64,000 nucleotides of DNA from Octopus sinensis (Eukaryota): assembly GCF_006345805.1 (NCBI RefSeq), contig NC_042999.1, forward strand, positions 141,732,001 through 141,796,000. Direction: 5' to 3'. Positions 1 to 11,750 of this stretch are shown here, in pieces. Each line of letters opens with the position of its first letter. Position 1 is the stretch's first letter. The position numbers and the translations under genes were made by a program. The notes under the pieces were generated by a model that worked only from the letters and a program-made list of their open reading frames with translations, was not told the DNA's origin and did no database searches.

Positions 1-997
1 CTCCTGGATTTTTCTTTTTTTTTTACTCTTGGCCTAGAAATATACACTGAATTCAGAATATGTTTTCACTGTGAAGCCATTTTACTAAAGATTGCTGCAG
101 CTAAATGAAGGTTATCTGAACATACTCAAACCTACTCAAATTTTAACCTTTTAGTGTTCACTATCTATTAGTGTCCTACCTGTTTCCTGCTTGTAAATTT
201 AGTCTCTTTCTCCAATACCCACTTCTACCCTCACATTTCATTTCTTCCCCCAACCCCCCAACCCTTTGTTCTCTTTCTTTGTCTCTTTCACACAAATGTT
301 ATTGAGTCAACTTGATCATGTTACAGGAGTTGCAGTGTATATTAGTAATGTTAGATTCGAAAGCTGGTAATGTAGTTGGGACTTCTCACAGCCTGTTGTA
401 CTTCCATTTATTAGTGCCATTATCTGACTATATTAGTTTGAAAGGGGACAGTTGATGACCTCATTGTCAGTAGCACCTTCATGTATGTAGCTGTATCTTT
501 TTACATTCTGAGAACAGGAGTTAACTTTGCCTCTGATCTCTCCTGGAGTGATTAAAAATAAAGGTGGGTACCTGAATTAATTCACTCTTTTGTAGCCTTG
601 TGCAAGTGTAAGAAATTAGTGCTGAAAAATTTTTTCTTTAGAACCCTTGTATGTAATAGCGTAACCCTCGAAATATTATCATTGCACAGCTATATTCTAT
701 TTAGTTTTTGTTTTCAAGAAACAAAAAAAAAAACTTGCTACAAAAATACCTCTCCCCTCAAATATTACTCCAGACATTGCTTTTAGTATGGTTTACATAT
801 AAATATTGATTTCTTATATTAGTCTGAACTATGCAAGCACAGAAAATTGGACATTAAAATGATAACAGTGGGCTATAAATTTGTATGAATGCTATGGTTA
901 AATGAACTGACACCTAGTATATGACTGGTATTTTATGATGGGAGGATGAGTGAAAGACAACGCCAACTCTGAAGAGATTTGAACATAAGCACACACT

Positions 998-1350
998 TAG
1001 CTGTGTGGTTAAGAAGCTTGCTTTGGAACCACATGGTTTTAGGTTCAGTCTCACTGTATGACATTCTGGATAAGTGCCTTCTACAACTTCAGGTCAACCA
1101 ATGCCTTGTGGGAAAATTTGGAAGGTAAAAACCATGCAGAAGTCTGTTGTATACATAAGTATATATGTGTTTGTATATGTTCCCCACCACTGTCAGTTTA
1201 CAAATGGTGCTGATTTGTTTCTGTCCCTGTAGCCTAGCAGTTTTGGCAAAGAAACCAATAGGTTATTAGGGTCAGTTTGTTCAACTAAACTCTTCAAAGC
1301 AGTACCCCAGCATGGCCACAGTCCAGTAACTGAAACAAGTAAAAGTTAAG
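998..1350 (+). mobile_element. tRNA-derived SINE, family 2 (gctgtgtggttaagaagctt... head)
   Basis: A-box-like tgtggttaag and B-box-like ggttcagtc. Related copies on the - strand at about 7255-7520, 37660-37895, 45090-45380 and 48620-48925. Confidence 0.75.
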
Positions 1351-1529
1351 ATAAAAAATAGGTTAGATATAAATACTATGCATTTAATCCAACACTCAGA
1401 ACATTTCAGTCACCCCCACTGCCTTTTAATACATAGAAATATTGAAATTTATCTTATAATATTTTGTCAATAGAAGACAGTAGACTTGGCAGAAATCATG
1501 GAGCATTTATCTAAATACATTATACTTAA

Positions 1530-1733
1530 GGTGGCAAACTGGCAGAAACGTTAGTACACCAGGTGAAATGTTTAGTGGTATTTTGTCTGTTTTTACATTC
1601 TGAGTTCAAATTCCGCCAAGGTTGACTTTGCCTTTCATCCTTTCGGGGTCGATAAATGAAGTACCAGTTGTGTTGATCTAATCAACTGGCTGCCTCACCA
1701 AAATTTCGGGCCTTGTGCCTAGAGTAGAAAAGA
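1530..1733 (+). mobile_element. tRNA-derived SINE, family 1 (ggtggc..ctggcagaa...gagttcaaattcc...ctttcatcctttcggggtcgataaa)
   Basis: Pol III A/B-box-like head and a central block that recurs many times in the window. Confidence 0.85.
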
Positions 1734-3989
1734 ATCTAAATTATATCAACTTTTGCTTCTCTCTGGATTCTAGGTTGAATCTTACTGAAGTTAGCTTCAC
1801 TTTTTGTCAGTTAGGTTTGATAAAGTAAGTAATTAATATATATTCAGATTAATTCAATTGACTACAAAAATTAATCTATTACCTACTTCAAAATAATCAA
1901 TGATGCTTTTAATATACACTAACAGGAAGCTTACTGGAAGGCGAGTGTTTTTAGTATGTTTAAATATTCTGAAAGAACGCTTATATCAAAACTATCATAA
2001 TGGTAAGTCATCTCACTAATGTCATTATAGCAGTCATAGAACTTCCTTTCCATTTGAATAGTTTTGTAAGTTATTAAGTGATGACTTAGAGAAAATAATT
2101 TATCTTATATTTTATTGCTTGTGTGAATGTGTTTGTAATTAGTTATGTATGACATGACTTTCTACAGAAAGGTGCTTCTTGGACATCAAAGTTTAGAGAA
2201 AGAAAATCAACAACCAACTAGGGTAATAATAATGTTTTATTTAACACTATGGATTTACAAAAAATTTGGGGGCTGTTGCTAGATAATACAATGTGGGATT
2301 ATATAAAGAAGTATGTAAAAAGTAGAAAAATGTTAAAATAAATTCTAATGATGAATAATTCCCCAAAAGAAGGAGGGAGACTTCCTAGAGCTGTTCATGA
2401 AAACTACAGTTACCCTGACCACTAGGGCAAGTGCCCTCTCCATATCATTTTCCTTCAAGTTACAGGCACATGCTTAGAGTAGACCTGTTCACTCAGACAA
2501 TTCTTTCCACATTCACCCACCTTCCAACAAAATTGCTGGGAGCAGCACTTCCTTTTCTATAATCAGCTTCCTTTTCAAGTGAAACTTAAGAAAGTTCATG
2601 AAGGCTTGGCCATAGAGGAAAGAATTTGTCTCCAGCCTTTTCAGTCTGGTTCATCACACAACCATTCTTTTACTGGCAGTCATGCTGGAGCACCACATTC
2701 AAGGGTTTACTAAAGTCAATATGATCATACTGGCTTTGGTATCTATATTTAAGTCTGGGACTTATTAAATCAATCTATACTTGTCATACGTCTAAACAAT
2801 GAGCAGTTTTTAAGCACTGTGAAAGTATATACGAATTGTGTGTTACAATTTCTGTCAACCAAATTTTGCTCAGAAGACATTGGTAATCCTGAGGCTATTG
2901 TTGAAGACATATACCCATTGTGGCAGGCAAGGCAGCCAAGCTTACAGCCATGTTTTATATATGATTGAGTTGTGTAATAAGCACCCTGCAGTAACTTGTT
3001 TAATTGAATGTTTTGGCTACTCTGCTTCTTCATTATGCAACCAGCAGTAGTTTTGTATTTTTCTGACTTTTTCCCCCCAAACTTTTTTCAGAATTGTATA
3101 TTCTAAACACAACCAATGACAATTTTGCCAAAATTTTCATAAAGTCAGGTTTTTTTTTTTTTTTTGTTAAGGCAATAGTAATACTTATTGCTCAACTTTG
3201 TGTATATATTATGTGTTATATGATATACAGGAAATGCACTGCGTGTGTAATTTAGTGGTTATTCAAAAAATGCTTTATACTTATGTGCATATGAATCTCT
3301 TCCTTATGTGTCTAATTACTGTACCTTTGTGTCTTTTCTGGTATGTATTTGTCTGTTTATTTGTGCATTCACTATTAAATGTGTGTTTTTATATATATAT
3401 TTTTCTGTATCTGTACATGAGCATTAATTATTTACTGTGGGTGTATCTGCTTTTATATGTGTTTTTCTCAGTGTGCATGTGTATTACTTTCTTTTGTGTC
3501 TCTTCTATGAAGGATGGATACTGATACTCCATTCCCATCACTTTTCTACCACTAACCATTTTCGCTTATCACTTCATCTCTCTCTCTCCCTTATCATGAC
3601 ACTGCTCATAATGTTTCCTATTCAGTCTCCTCATCAACAACTAACATATAGCTATCACACTCTTTTCCATTACTCACTTCTTCACTATCCTATGACTATA
3701 TTTCTCTAATCACATTCGTACTCTCTTCTGTTTCCTTTTAATCATCATTCTTGTCTTTCAATACTTTCTGTCCTTTTACCTTAAAAGAATGAAACCAATA
3801 TAGCGTAGACAACTCTTCAAGACTTGTAAGGACAAGGCATCATCTCTAGTGTTGGTGCTATGATAAAATACACTCTGTACATTCTGTAAAGTGGTTGGTA
3901 AACAAATAGTGGAAACTAAGAGAGGGCTCTCTCTCTCTCTCTCCAAGTGCATGGCAACCTCTCTGGTGCCATGATAAAACACATCCAGT

Positions 3990-4385
3990 AAGTAAAATCA
4001 AAACCAAAAATCAAATGGGAATTGTAGCTGTGGTCGATGCCAGTGCTGCCTGATTGGCTCTCATGCTAGTGGCACGCAATAAGCACCATTCATGCATGTC
4101 GTTGCCAGTGCCGCCTGACTGGCTCCCCATGCCAGTAGCACATAAAAAGCACCATCCAAACATGGCCGATGCAGGTGCCGCATGACTGGTTTCCATCCTG
4201 GTGGCACGTAAAAAGCACCCATTACACTCTTGGAGTGGTTGGCATTAAGAAGGGTATTCAGCTATAGAAACACTGCCAGATTAGATTGGAGCCTGGTGCG
4301 GCCTCTTGGCTTGCCAGTCCCCAGTCAAACTGTCCAACCCATGTCAGCATGGAAAGCAGATGTTAAACGATGATGATGATGATGA
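3990..4385 (+). mobile_element. RTE-like LINE 3' region with (gat)n tail
   Basis: gtggcac-taaaaagcacc repeat units followed by ggagtggttggcatt...catggaaagcagatgttaaacgatgatgat; the same tail follows RT C-terminal coding remnants at 23250-23960. Confidence 0.75.
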
Positions 4386-5334
4386 ATACACTCTGTAAAG
4401 TGGTTGGTGTTAGGAAAGACATCCAGTCATAGAAACCATGCCAAATGGTAAGTGAGATATGGCCCTGCAACCTGTTGAAGAAGATAGTAACTCTAAAAAG
4501 AGCTGGCTCAGATGATAATGATCTATTCAACTTATTCCCACAAGAAAAACATAAATGAAATGAAGATGAACAATATTCTTCAGTTTTTAGGATTCTGTTG
4601 TGTACTGGAAGGGATTTCAAACAAAAGAACTAGTTCAAATATACATTTATTAAAACCTTTTTAGACTATAATGGATTGAATCATTAGATGTGCTTTAGCC
4701 AGCCTGCTCTAAATTCTGTTGAAAGGGCTAAGCTATATGAGCTGGAGTTTTGTAATTTGATAGGGCAACGAGTTAACACTTATATATACATTTTCATATA
4801 ACTATGGAAAACTATTTGCTGTCATTTTCTACCATTCATTGTTTGCATTAAAGCTAGATAGATTTCATAGAGCAGATAGCTACCAATTTGAAATTGCTAA
4901 ATAATGTTCTCTCTTGTTTCCCACCTTACACTAGCCAGCACAGTGTCCCTCTTACCTCACCATCACATACCACTTGACTCCATTTAACACTCTCTATCAG
5001 TTAAGTCTATTTTCATTTATATATGTTTTCTATAACATACCCACACCACCTTCTTGATTATCAGTAACTTCCCATTAAATGTCACCAGCATAATCATAAA
5101 AGAAGTTCTAATTTCCTGAGTTAAACCACATCACAGCACAGCATATGTATATGCTTGTATACTCACATTAAAATATGTATGTGCATGTGCGCACACGCAC
5201 ACACTAGATTTCATTTAATATATAGTAAATCACTGACCCATCCTGAACAAACTGAATTTCAGCTCTTGGACAAATAGTTATGACTGTGCCCCCTCACTAT
5301 GCCAGTGTGGGAAACTACTGCTGCTATTATTATT

Positions 5335-5960
5335 ATTGTGCTAGCAAAATCATAAACATTCTCGGCAAAATGTTTAGCAGCAATTCACCTGTCTTTATGT
5401 TCTGAGTTCAAATTCTGCTGAGGTTAACTTTGCTTTTCATCCTTTTGGAGTTGATAAAATAAGTACCAGTTGAGCACTGAGATTGATGTAGTCCACTCAC
5501 CCACTCCCTTGAAATTGCTGGCCTTGTGCTAAGATTTGAAACCATTGCAGAATTGTTAGCATGCTGAGCAAAATGCTTAGTAGCATTTTGACTGTTTTTA
5601 CATTCTGAGTTCAAGTCCTGCTTGAGGTCAACTTTGCCTTTCATTCTTTCAGGGACAATAGAATGAATACAAGTTGAGCACTGGGGTTGATGGAATCGAC
5701 TAACTTCCTCCCCAAATATTTCCAGCTTTGTACCTATAATAGAAAGAATTATTATTATAGTTGTGATGGATTGGTAGAATCGTGTCTGGAAAAAATTCCT
5801 TGCAGTATTTCTTCTAACTTATGTTCTGGGTCCAAATCTTGTTCAGGTCAACCTTGACTGTCATCCATTTGAGGTTGACATAATAAAGTAGTAGTTAAAT
5901 ACTGGGGTCAGTGTAATAGACTAACCCTGCTCCCAAACTTAGGGTTGTGTGCCTAGAAGA
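5335..5960 (+). mobile_element. Head-to-tail cluster of about 3 family-1 SINEs
   Basis: Three recurrences of ttctgagttcaa...ctttcat...gataaaataagtaccag-like blocks, with (att)n at some junctions. Confidence 0.8.
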
Positions 5961-8197
5961 GGATATTCAATTTTCAGAAAATGTGTGTAGTATATATTTC
6001 TAGCCACCCCAACACTTAAATTCAAATCTGTCAAGGATTAACACATATCCTTTCATCTGCAAGTTAATAATAAATACCAGTTAGATATCAGTGTTAGTTT
6101 AATTGATTATACCACTTCCTTATATATTTCTGCTTTTAAACCAAAATCCAACTCTTTATTAGCTACTGAGCTGTGAAAATTCTTCAACAAACCTAATGTG
6201 CATCTTGGTTCTGAAACTGATTGTAGCTATTTAATTTCTCTGCCAGCAGTGCCATTGGGAACAACAAAATCCTAACTTCTAGTTTCTCTTTGCACAAATC
6301 ATGTAATCTTTTGTTTGTGTAAGAAATTGTATTTTTTCATGTAGAAGTAACAGCAGCCTTATCTCTGAAGGGTTACAGATAAGCCTAAAGGTTTAATTCA
6401 TATCAGATATAAGGTCAGAAATAACTAGTTGAAGCTAGTCTAACCTGCACCACCTCCACCATTATTAATCACACCATTATCAGAGGGCGCTCAGACTAGG
6501 ATTGTCAATTGTCAAACTTGCTGTTCTAATCACTGCCAATACCACTATTACTTTCAATCTGGCCATATATGTGAACATTTTATAACTAACTACAAGGTTA
6601 TAATTATATATTCTCTTTTTGGTTAACTAAAAGAATAATAGATTTATGAAATGGTTCTCCAACATGACAATCCTTCCCTTTGGGGGTTCAATCACATATT
6701 TATGCTTGTATTTCTTTGAAAACTATCTCCAGTCACCCCAACTTTCTTTCAAACCACTGTTATCTTACCCCATGAGGTCTTGCCTATATTGAAACCATTC
6801 TTTATTTTTCCTCTACTGAAGCTTTCTCCTAGTCTACGTTGTACTTCTCTATCTGATAAACCTTGCTCAGTCATCCTCTTTTCAGATTTAGGAGTGTTTT
6901 TTTCAAATAAAGCAGATAATAGAATTAGTATTTAAGTGCATTTTCTTTTTAAATGTTAGATAAACAGATCTGATTTAACATAAGGATAATTTCTTACATG
7001 ATAGGCTATTGGTAAAAGTTCGCTGAATCATTTCCTCTTTCCCAGTATATGACTGGAACTATTTCACTGATATCTCTCCAGAAAGATCTAAAATAAAATT
7101 GGCCTTAGCCAAATTTAAGGTTATATCACATCATTGCTATCATTTTACTGTCCACTTCTCCATGCTTGTACAAGTCAGTTTATTGAAGTGGATTTTACAC
7201 AGCCAGATGTCCTTGTCACCAAATAATGTAATATTTTTCCCATGGCCAGATATGTCTTTACAGAACATTGCAAATGAATGACACTGCTTGTCTGACAGTG
7301 ATACTATCACAGTGTTAAGACAAAGAGCTACTGACATACACACTCTCACATGCATACAGCAGGCTTCTTTCAGTTTCCATCTATCAAGTCCACTCACAAG
7401 GGTTTGGTTAGCCTGGGTCTAAAGTAGAAGACACTCGCTCAAATTTCCACACAGTGGGACTGAACCCAAAATTAAGTGTTTGGGACACACTTTTTTACGT
7501 TGCCATGTCTGTGCCTATGGCATACTGGAAAGAAACTTAGTACAGCATAGTATTTACTTTAACATCATCATTTCTACTATAGAGCAATGGACAAAATGTT
7601 TTGTGCTATTTGTCAATTCTCTACATCCAGAGTTCAAATCCTACTGGGGTCAACTTCACATTACATCCGCCAGGTATTGTTGAAATAAGGCACCTATTGA
7701 GTACCAAGTCAATGGTATTGGCTTGCCACTTTGCTTCAAAATTTTTGGCTTTATGCCTAAATTAGAAACTAGTATTAATTGCTGGCAGAATTGGTAAAGA
7801 GCTGTGCACAATGTATTGTGGTATTTTAATGTCCCTTCATATTATCTACTACAAAATCTCCAATCTAATGGCAAAAGTAGCTCTTCACCTTTCCAGGGTC
7901 AATAAAAAAAGTAGTAGACAATGTTCATTTGAGTATACCCATTCAATTTGAAACCATCATTACATATGGTAAGCATCAAGAAGGCAGCTTGGTGAGTTAT
8001 TTGTCAACTAAATTTTCAGTTTGGTGTCATTTCAATTCACTGACTTCACCAATGATTGTGGGTAATTATCAATATCACAACCTTCCATTTTTCCTCTCAA
8101 GAAATTTTAAGCCAAATATCTCAATAGGACTTTTTAAATATTTGTTTTGTGATTTTCTTGAATGTTTTGTACAGTTCTTGAATTCTTGTGTATTATA

Positions 8198-8310
8198 TAT
8201 TTCTTTACTACCCATAAGGGGCTAAACACAGAGAGGAAAAACAAGGAAAGACAAACAGATTAAGTTGATTACATCGACCCCAGTATGTAACTGGTACTGG
8301 GGTTGATGTA
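8198..8310 (-). mobile_element. 5'-truncated family-1 SINE with 12-bp TSD and short terminal inversion
   Basis: Reverse complement of the 3' end of the SINE at 55164-55390; TSD ttgtgtattata at 8186-8197 and 8311-8322. Confidence 0.8.
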
Positions 8311-10019
8311 TTGTGTATTATAGCAGATATTGATACTCTTCAGGAGGGTCATTTTGCCACATGCATTGTCATAATTCACATTTTATAAATGAATTCAGTT
8401 GATTGGTTTATCTTTCACCAATACAACTGTAATTTTTCAGTCACTCCCCCACCCCTGCAACTATATCTTCCTTTTGATCTGGTATTTATATCTACTCTCT
8501 CTCTCTCTCTTTGTAATTGGAGGCGCTCATAGTAGGGGCTTCTACTTGTGTTTTTCCTTATATAGATACACAGACACACATTTGTTCTTATTTTATTGCC
8601 ATATGTTGTTTATGGTCATTTACTAGTGCATGTACTTACCTGCTTGTGTTGTGCTGGTCTGCCTGTCCATCCATACACCTACCCTTACATTTATTTTTGA
8701 GTGCATGTATATATATAGTCACTAGTTTTCAGCAATATTGTGAGTTTTTATCATTCTTAGGTGTGACTTCATCAAACATTACACCCTGGAACTTATCATA
8801 CCAGGATTTTTTTTTTTACATGTCCTTTCTAATCTATTCCAGAGTCTCCTCTTATTTCATTTGCATCATTGATGTTGATAGTTTTGAACCTTTTCTTGGT
8901 TTCACTAAAACCTATTTGGTACTTTTGGCCATATCTGTAGTGGTTGAAATCCAGTGCTTACTTTTGCAGTTAAGTAGGTGTATGTGGGATATATTTCTCA
9001 TCATTTTTACTGGGTCTACTTTTAGGATGTTTATTTTAACATAATAAATGTTCTTTACAGTACTCTGTTCCAGTTCCTTGATATCTGTCTTGTGGATGTG
9101 TTTAATCATAGGTTTGTTATCTCTGTTGTGAGAGTACATTCCCACACTTATGGGTCTTTGTTATTTTTCTTTGCTTTTCATTCCATTACAGCTAGTTTTT
9201 ATGAGTGTAATTTTTATAGCATTATACAGACATGACTGGCAAATATCAACTGCACTCATGTATAAAATATGATTTGAATACCTATCTACTGAACATAGAC
9301 GTTTTTAAGTTTATTACTGTTTTTACCAGAGGTCACTTGCTTATAAAAGTTGAGTCAATGTTTGTACATTACACACAAAAAGACATTGGTGCTTGAATAT
9401 GATGTATAGCTAAATTATGTAATGCTGTTGATTGGAAATCAGGCAGTGCTACAGTTGTTCTTTTACAGAGACCGCTCTTAGTTGTGTAGACAGTATCAGT
9501 GGTTGTGATGACTAAATTAGATTTTTGTGTTACACTTGCTGTTATTGGAAGTTGTATTAATTACTCACCTTGTCCTCTTTTTCCACCACCTTTTTAATCA
9601 CTTGATTTCTTTCTCTCGGCACCCTTTGTCCATGTTTGCTCTGTCACATCCATTTTCTGGTTTTGCTTTCTTTGTTTTTTTTTGGTTTGCAGATTTTTAA
9701 AAAAACTTTTTACAATCTTGTCTGTTTTCTACCCCTTCACTTCTTCCTTTTCCATTTCTTGCTTTATTTTGCTCTTCACTCTTTCTGTTACTCTCTTATT
9801 CTTACTCCACTTTAAAACTGACCTTTTCATACACTCCTTTCTTCTCAAGTTCTGTTTTGTTCTCTCTCTCAGCTTCACATAACTATTCTGTCTATTCTCC
9901 CCTACATTTCTATCTCCTTGCAATTGCTTGTCCTATGCTTCATTAACACAATGTGACTATATTATATCTCACTATGGACACTTTCCATCAAATCATTCTG
10001 TGCTGTTTTAAAAATTGAA

Positions 10020-10962
10020 GTACACATTGGGCCTCACTGAGGCAATGGCGAAGGACCAAGATCTCAGTAGATATGCTGTGACTGCAAAGACCTGGGCTGC
10101 TTCCTGCACCAGTTCGCATAGCCCCTGCCCATTCAAAGTACCTTGGATTCCAGAACATCCCGCTGTGCTTGAGGAGACCTGTTGAGTCAAGTACATGAAC
10201 ATCGAAATAAATATCAATGGAAATAGTAGTTGTGATACCTGTGCCGGTGGCACATAAAAAGCACCATCCGAACGTGGCCGCTGCCAGCGCCGCCTCGACT
10301 GGCTTCTGTGCCAGTGGCACATAAAAAGCACCATCCGAACGTGGCCGATGCCAGTGGAAAAATACTCGGGCTGCTTTCTGCACCAGTTCTGCATAGCCCC
10401 TGCCCATTCAAAGTACCTTGGATTCCAGAAACATCCCGCTGTGCATGAGGAAACCTGTTGAGTCAAGTACATGAACATCAAAATAAATATCAATGGAAAT
10501 AGTAGTTGTGATACCTGTGCCGGTGGCACATAAAAAGCACCATCCAAACGTGGTTGCTGCCAGCGCCACCTCAACTGGCTTCTGTGCTGGTGGCACATAA
10601 AAAGCACCATCCAAACGTGGCCGATGCCAGCGCCGCCTCGACTAGCTTCTGTGCCGGTGGCACATAAAAAGCACCATCCGAACGTGGCCAATGCCAGCGC
10701 CGCCTTGGCTGGCTTCCGTGTTGGTGGCACATTAATAGCACCAACCGATTGTGGACGGTGCCAGACTCCCCTGGCACCTGTGCCAGTGGCACGTAAAAAG
10801 CACCCACTACACTCGCGGAGTGGTTGGCATTAGGAAGGGCATCCAGCTGTAGAAACACTGCCAGATCAGACTGGAGCCTGGTGCAGCCCCTGGCTTCCCA
10901 GACCCCGGTCGAACTGTCCAACCCGTGCTAGCGCGGAAAGCGGACGTTAAACGATGATGATG
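10020..10962 (+). mobile_element. RTE-like LINE 3' region with 67-bp tandem units and a 276-bp internal duplication
   Basis: gtggcac motif starts at 10247, 10314, 10523, 10590, 10657, 10724 and 10786; ends in aaacgatgatgatga; CpG-rich, so relatively young. Confidence 0.8.
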
Positions 10963-10984
10963 ATTGGGTAATGTTGTTTTAGAC

Positions 10985-11750
10985 ATCATTATTGTCATAT
11001 AACATCTGTTTTCTATGCTGGCATAGATTAAATGGTTTGACTGAAAACTGGTAAGCTGCCCCAGGTTCCAGTCTGGTTTGGCATGATTTTTACTGGATAC
11101 CCTTCTTAATGCCAACCACTCTAAGAATGTAGTGAATGCTTTCTACATGCTATTGGCATGAGTGTCAGTTATGAAACATCAGCATCAGTCACGACTATGA
11201 TTTCACTTGGCTTGACAGGTCTTCTTAAGCATAGTATATTGCCAATGGTCTTCATCACATATCACTGCCTCCATGGGATCCAACATTTGAACGGTGCTTT
11301 TTACATGCCACTAGTACTGGTGCCAGGTATGCACCACCGGCGTTGCATTGGCCACAACTACGATTTCATTTAGCTTGATGGGTCTTCTCAAGCACAACAT
11401 GTTGCCCAATGTCTGAAGGGTGTTTTTTACATGCCACCAGCACAAGTGCCAGTTATATGACACTAGCATCAGCCACGACTGCAATTTTACTTGGTTTGAT
11501 GAGTCTTCTCAAGCATGGTATCGTCAAAGGTCTTGGTCATTTGTCATTGCCCCCATCAGGCCCAACGTTTGAAGATCATGCTTCATCACCTAGTCCCATG
11601 GCTTCCTGGATCTACCTCTTCCACTAGAGATCAGCCCTTCTTCACACAGCTGTCCTTGTCCATACACATTACATGACCATACCAGCACAGTCGTCTCTCT
11701 TGCACACCACATCTGATGCCTGTTATGCCCAATTTTTCTCTCAAGACCTG
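10985..11750 (-). mobile_element. RTE-like LINE 3' fragment (older), tail-to-tail with the previous copy
   Basis: Reverse complement of the same tail; the 11640-11740 minus strand reads like the RTE C-terminus (VQERRLCWYGHVM). Confidence 0.75.

Noticed and set aside
1530-1620. tRNA gene
   Set aside because: The A/B boxes belong to SINE heads; there is no complete cloverleaf and the SINE body follows.
3198-3709. Hydrophobic ORFs as membrane proteins (also 9682-9882 and 63166-63531)
   Set aside because: They arise from T-rich or TG-rich low-complexity intronic sequence with no recognisable domain.
10247-10800. CRISPR-like array
   Set aside because: Whole 67-bp units are repeated with no unique spacers, the context is eukaryotic, and no cas genes are present.
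9988-11115. Long overlapping ORFs (up to 240 aa) as protein-coding genes
   Set aside because: They are translations of the GC-richer 67-bp tandem repeat in an RTE 3' UTR; the same peptide recurs in several frames.
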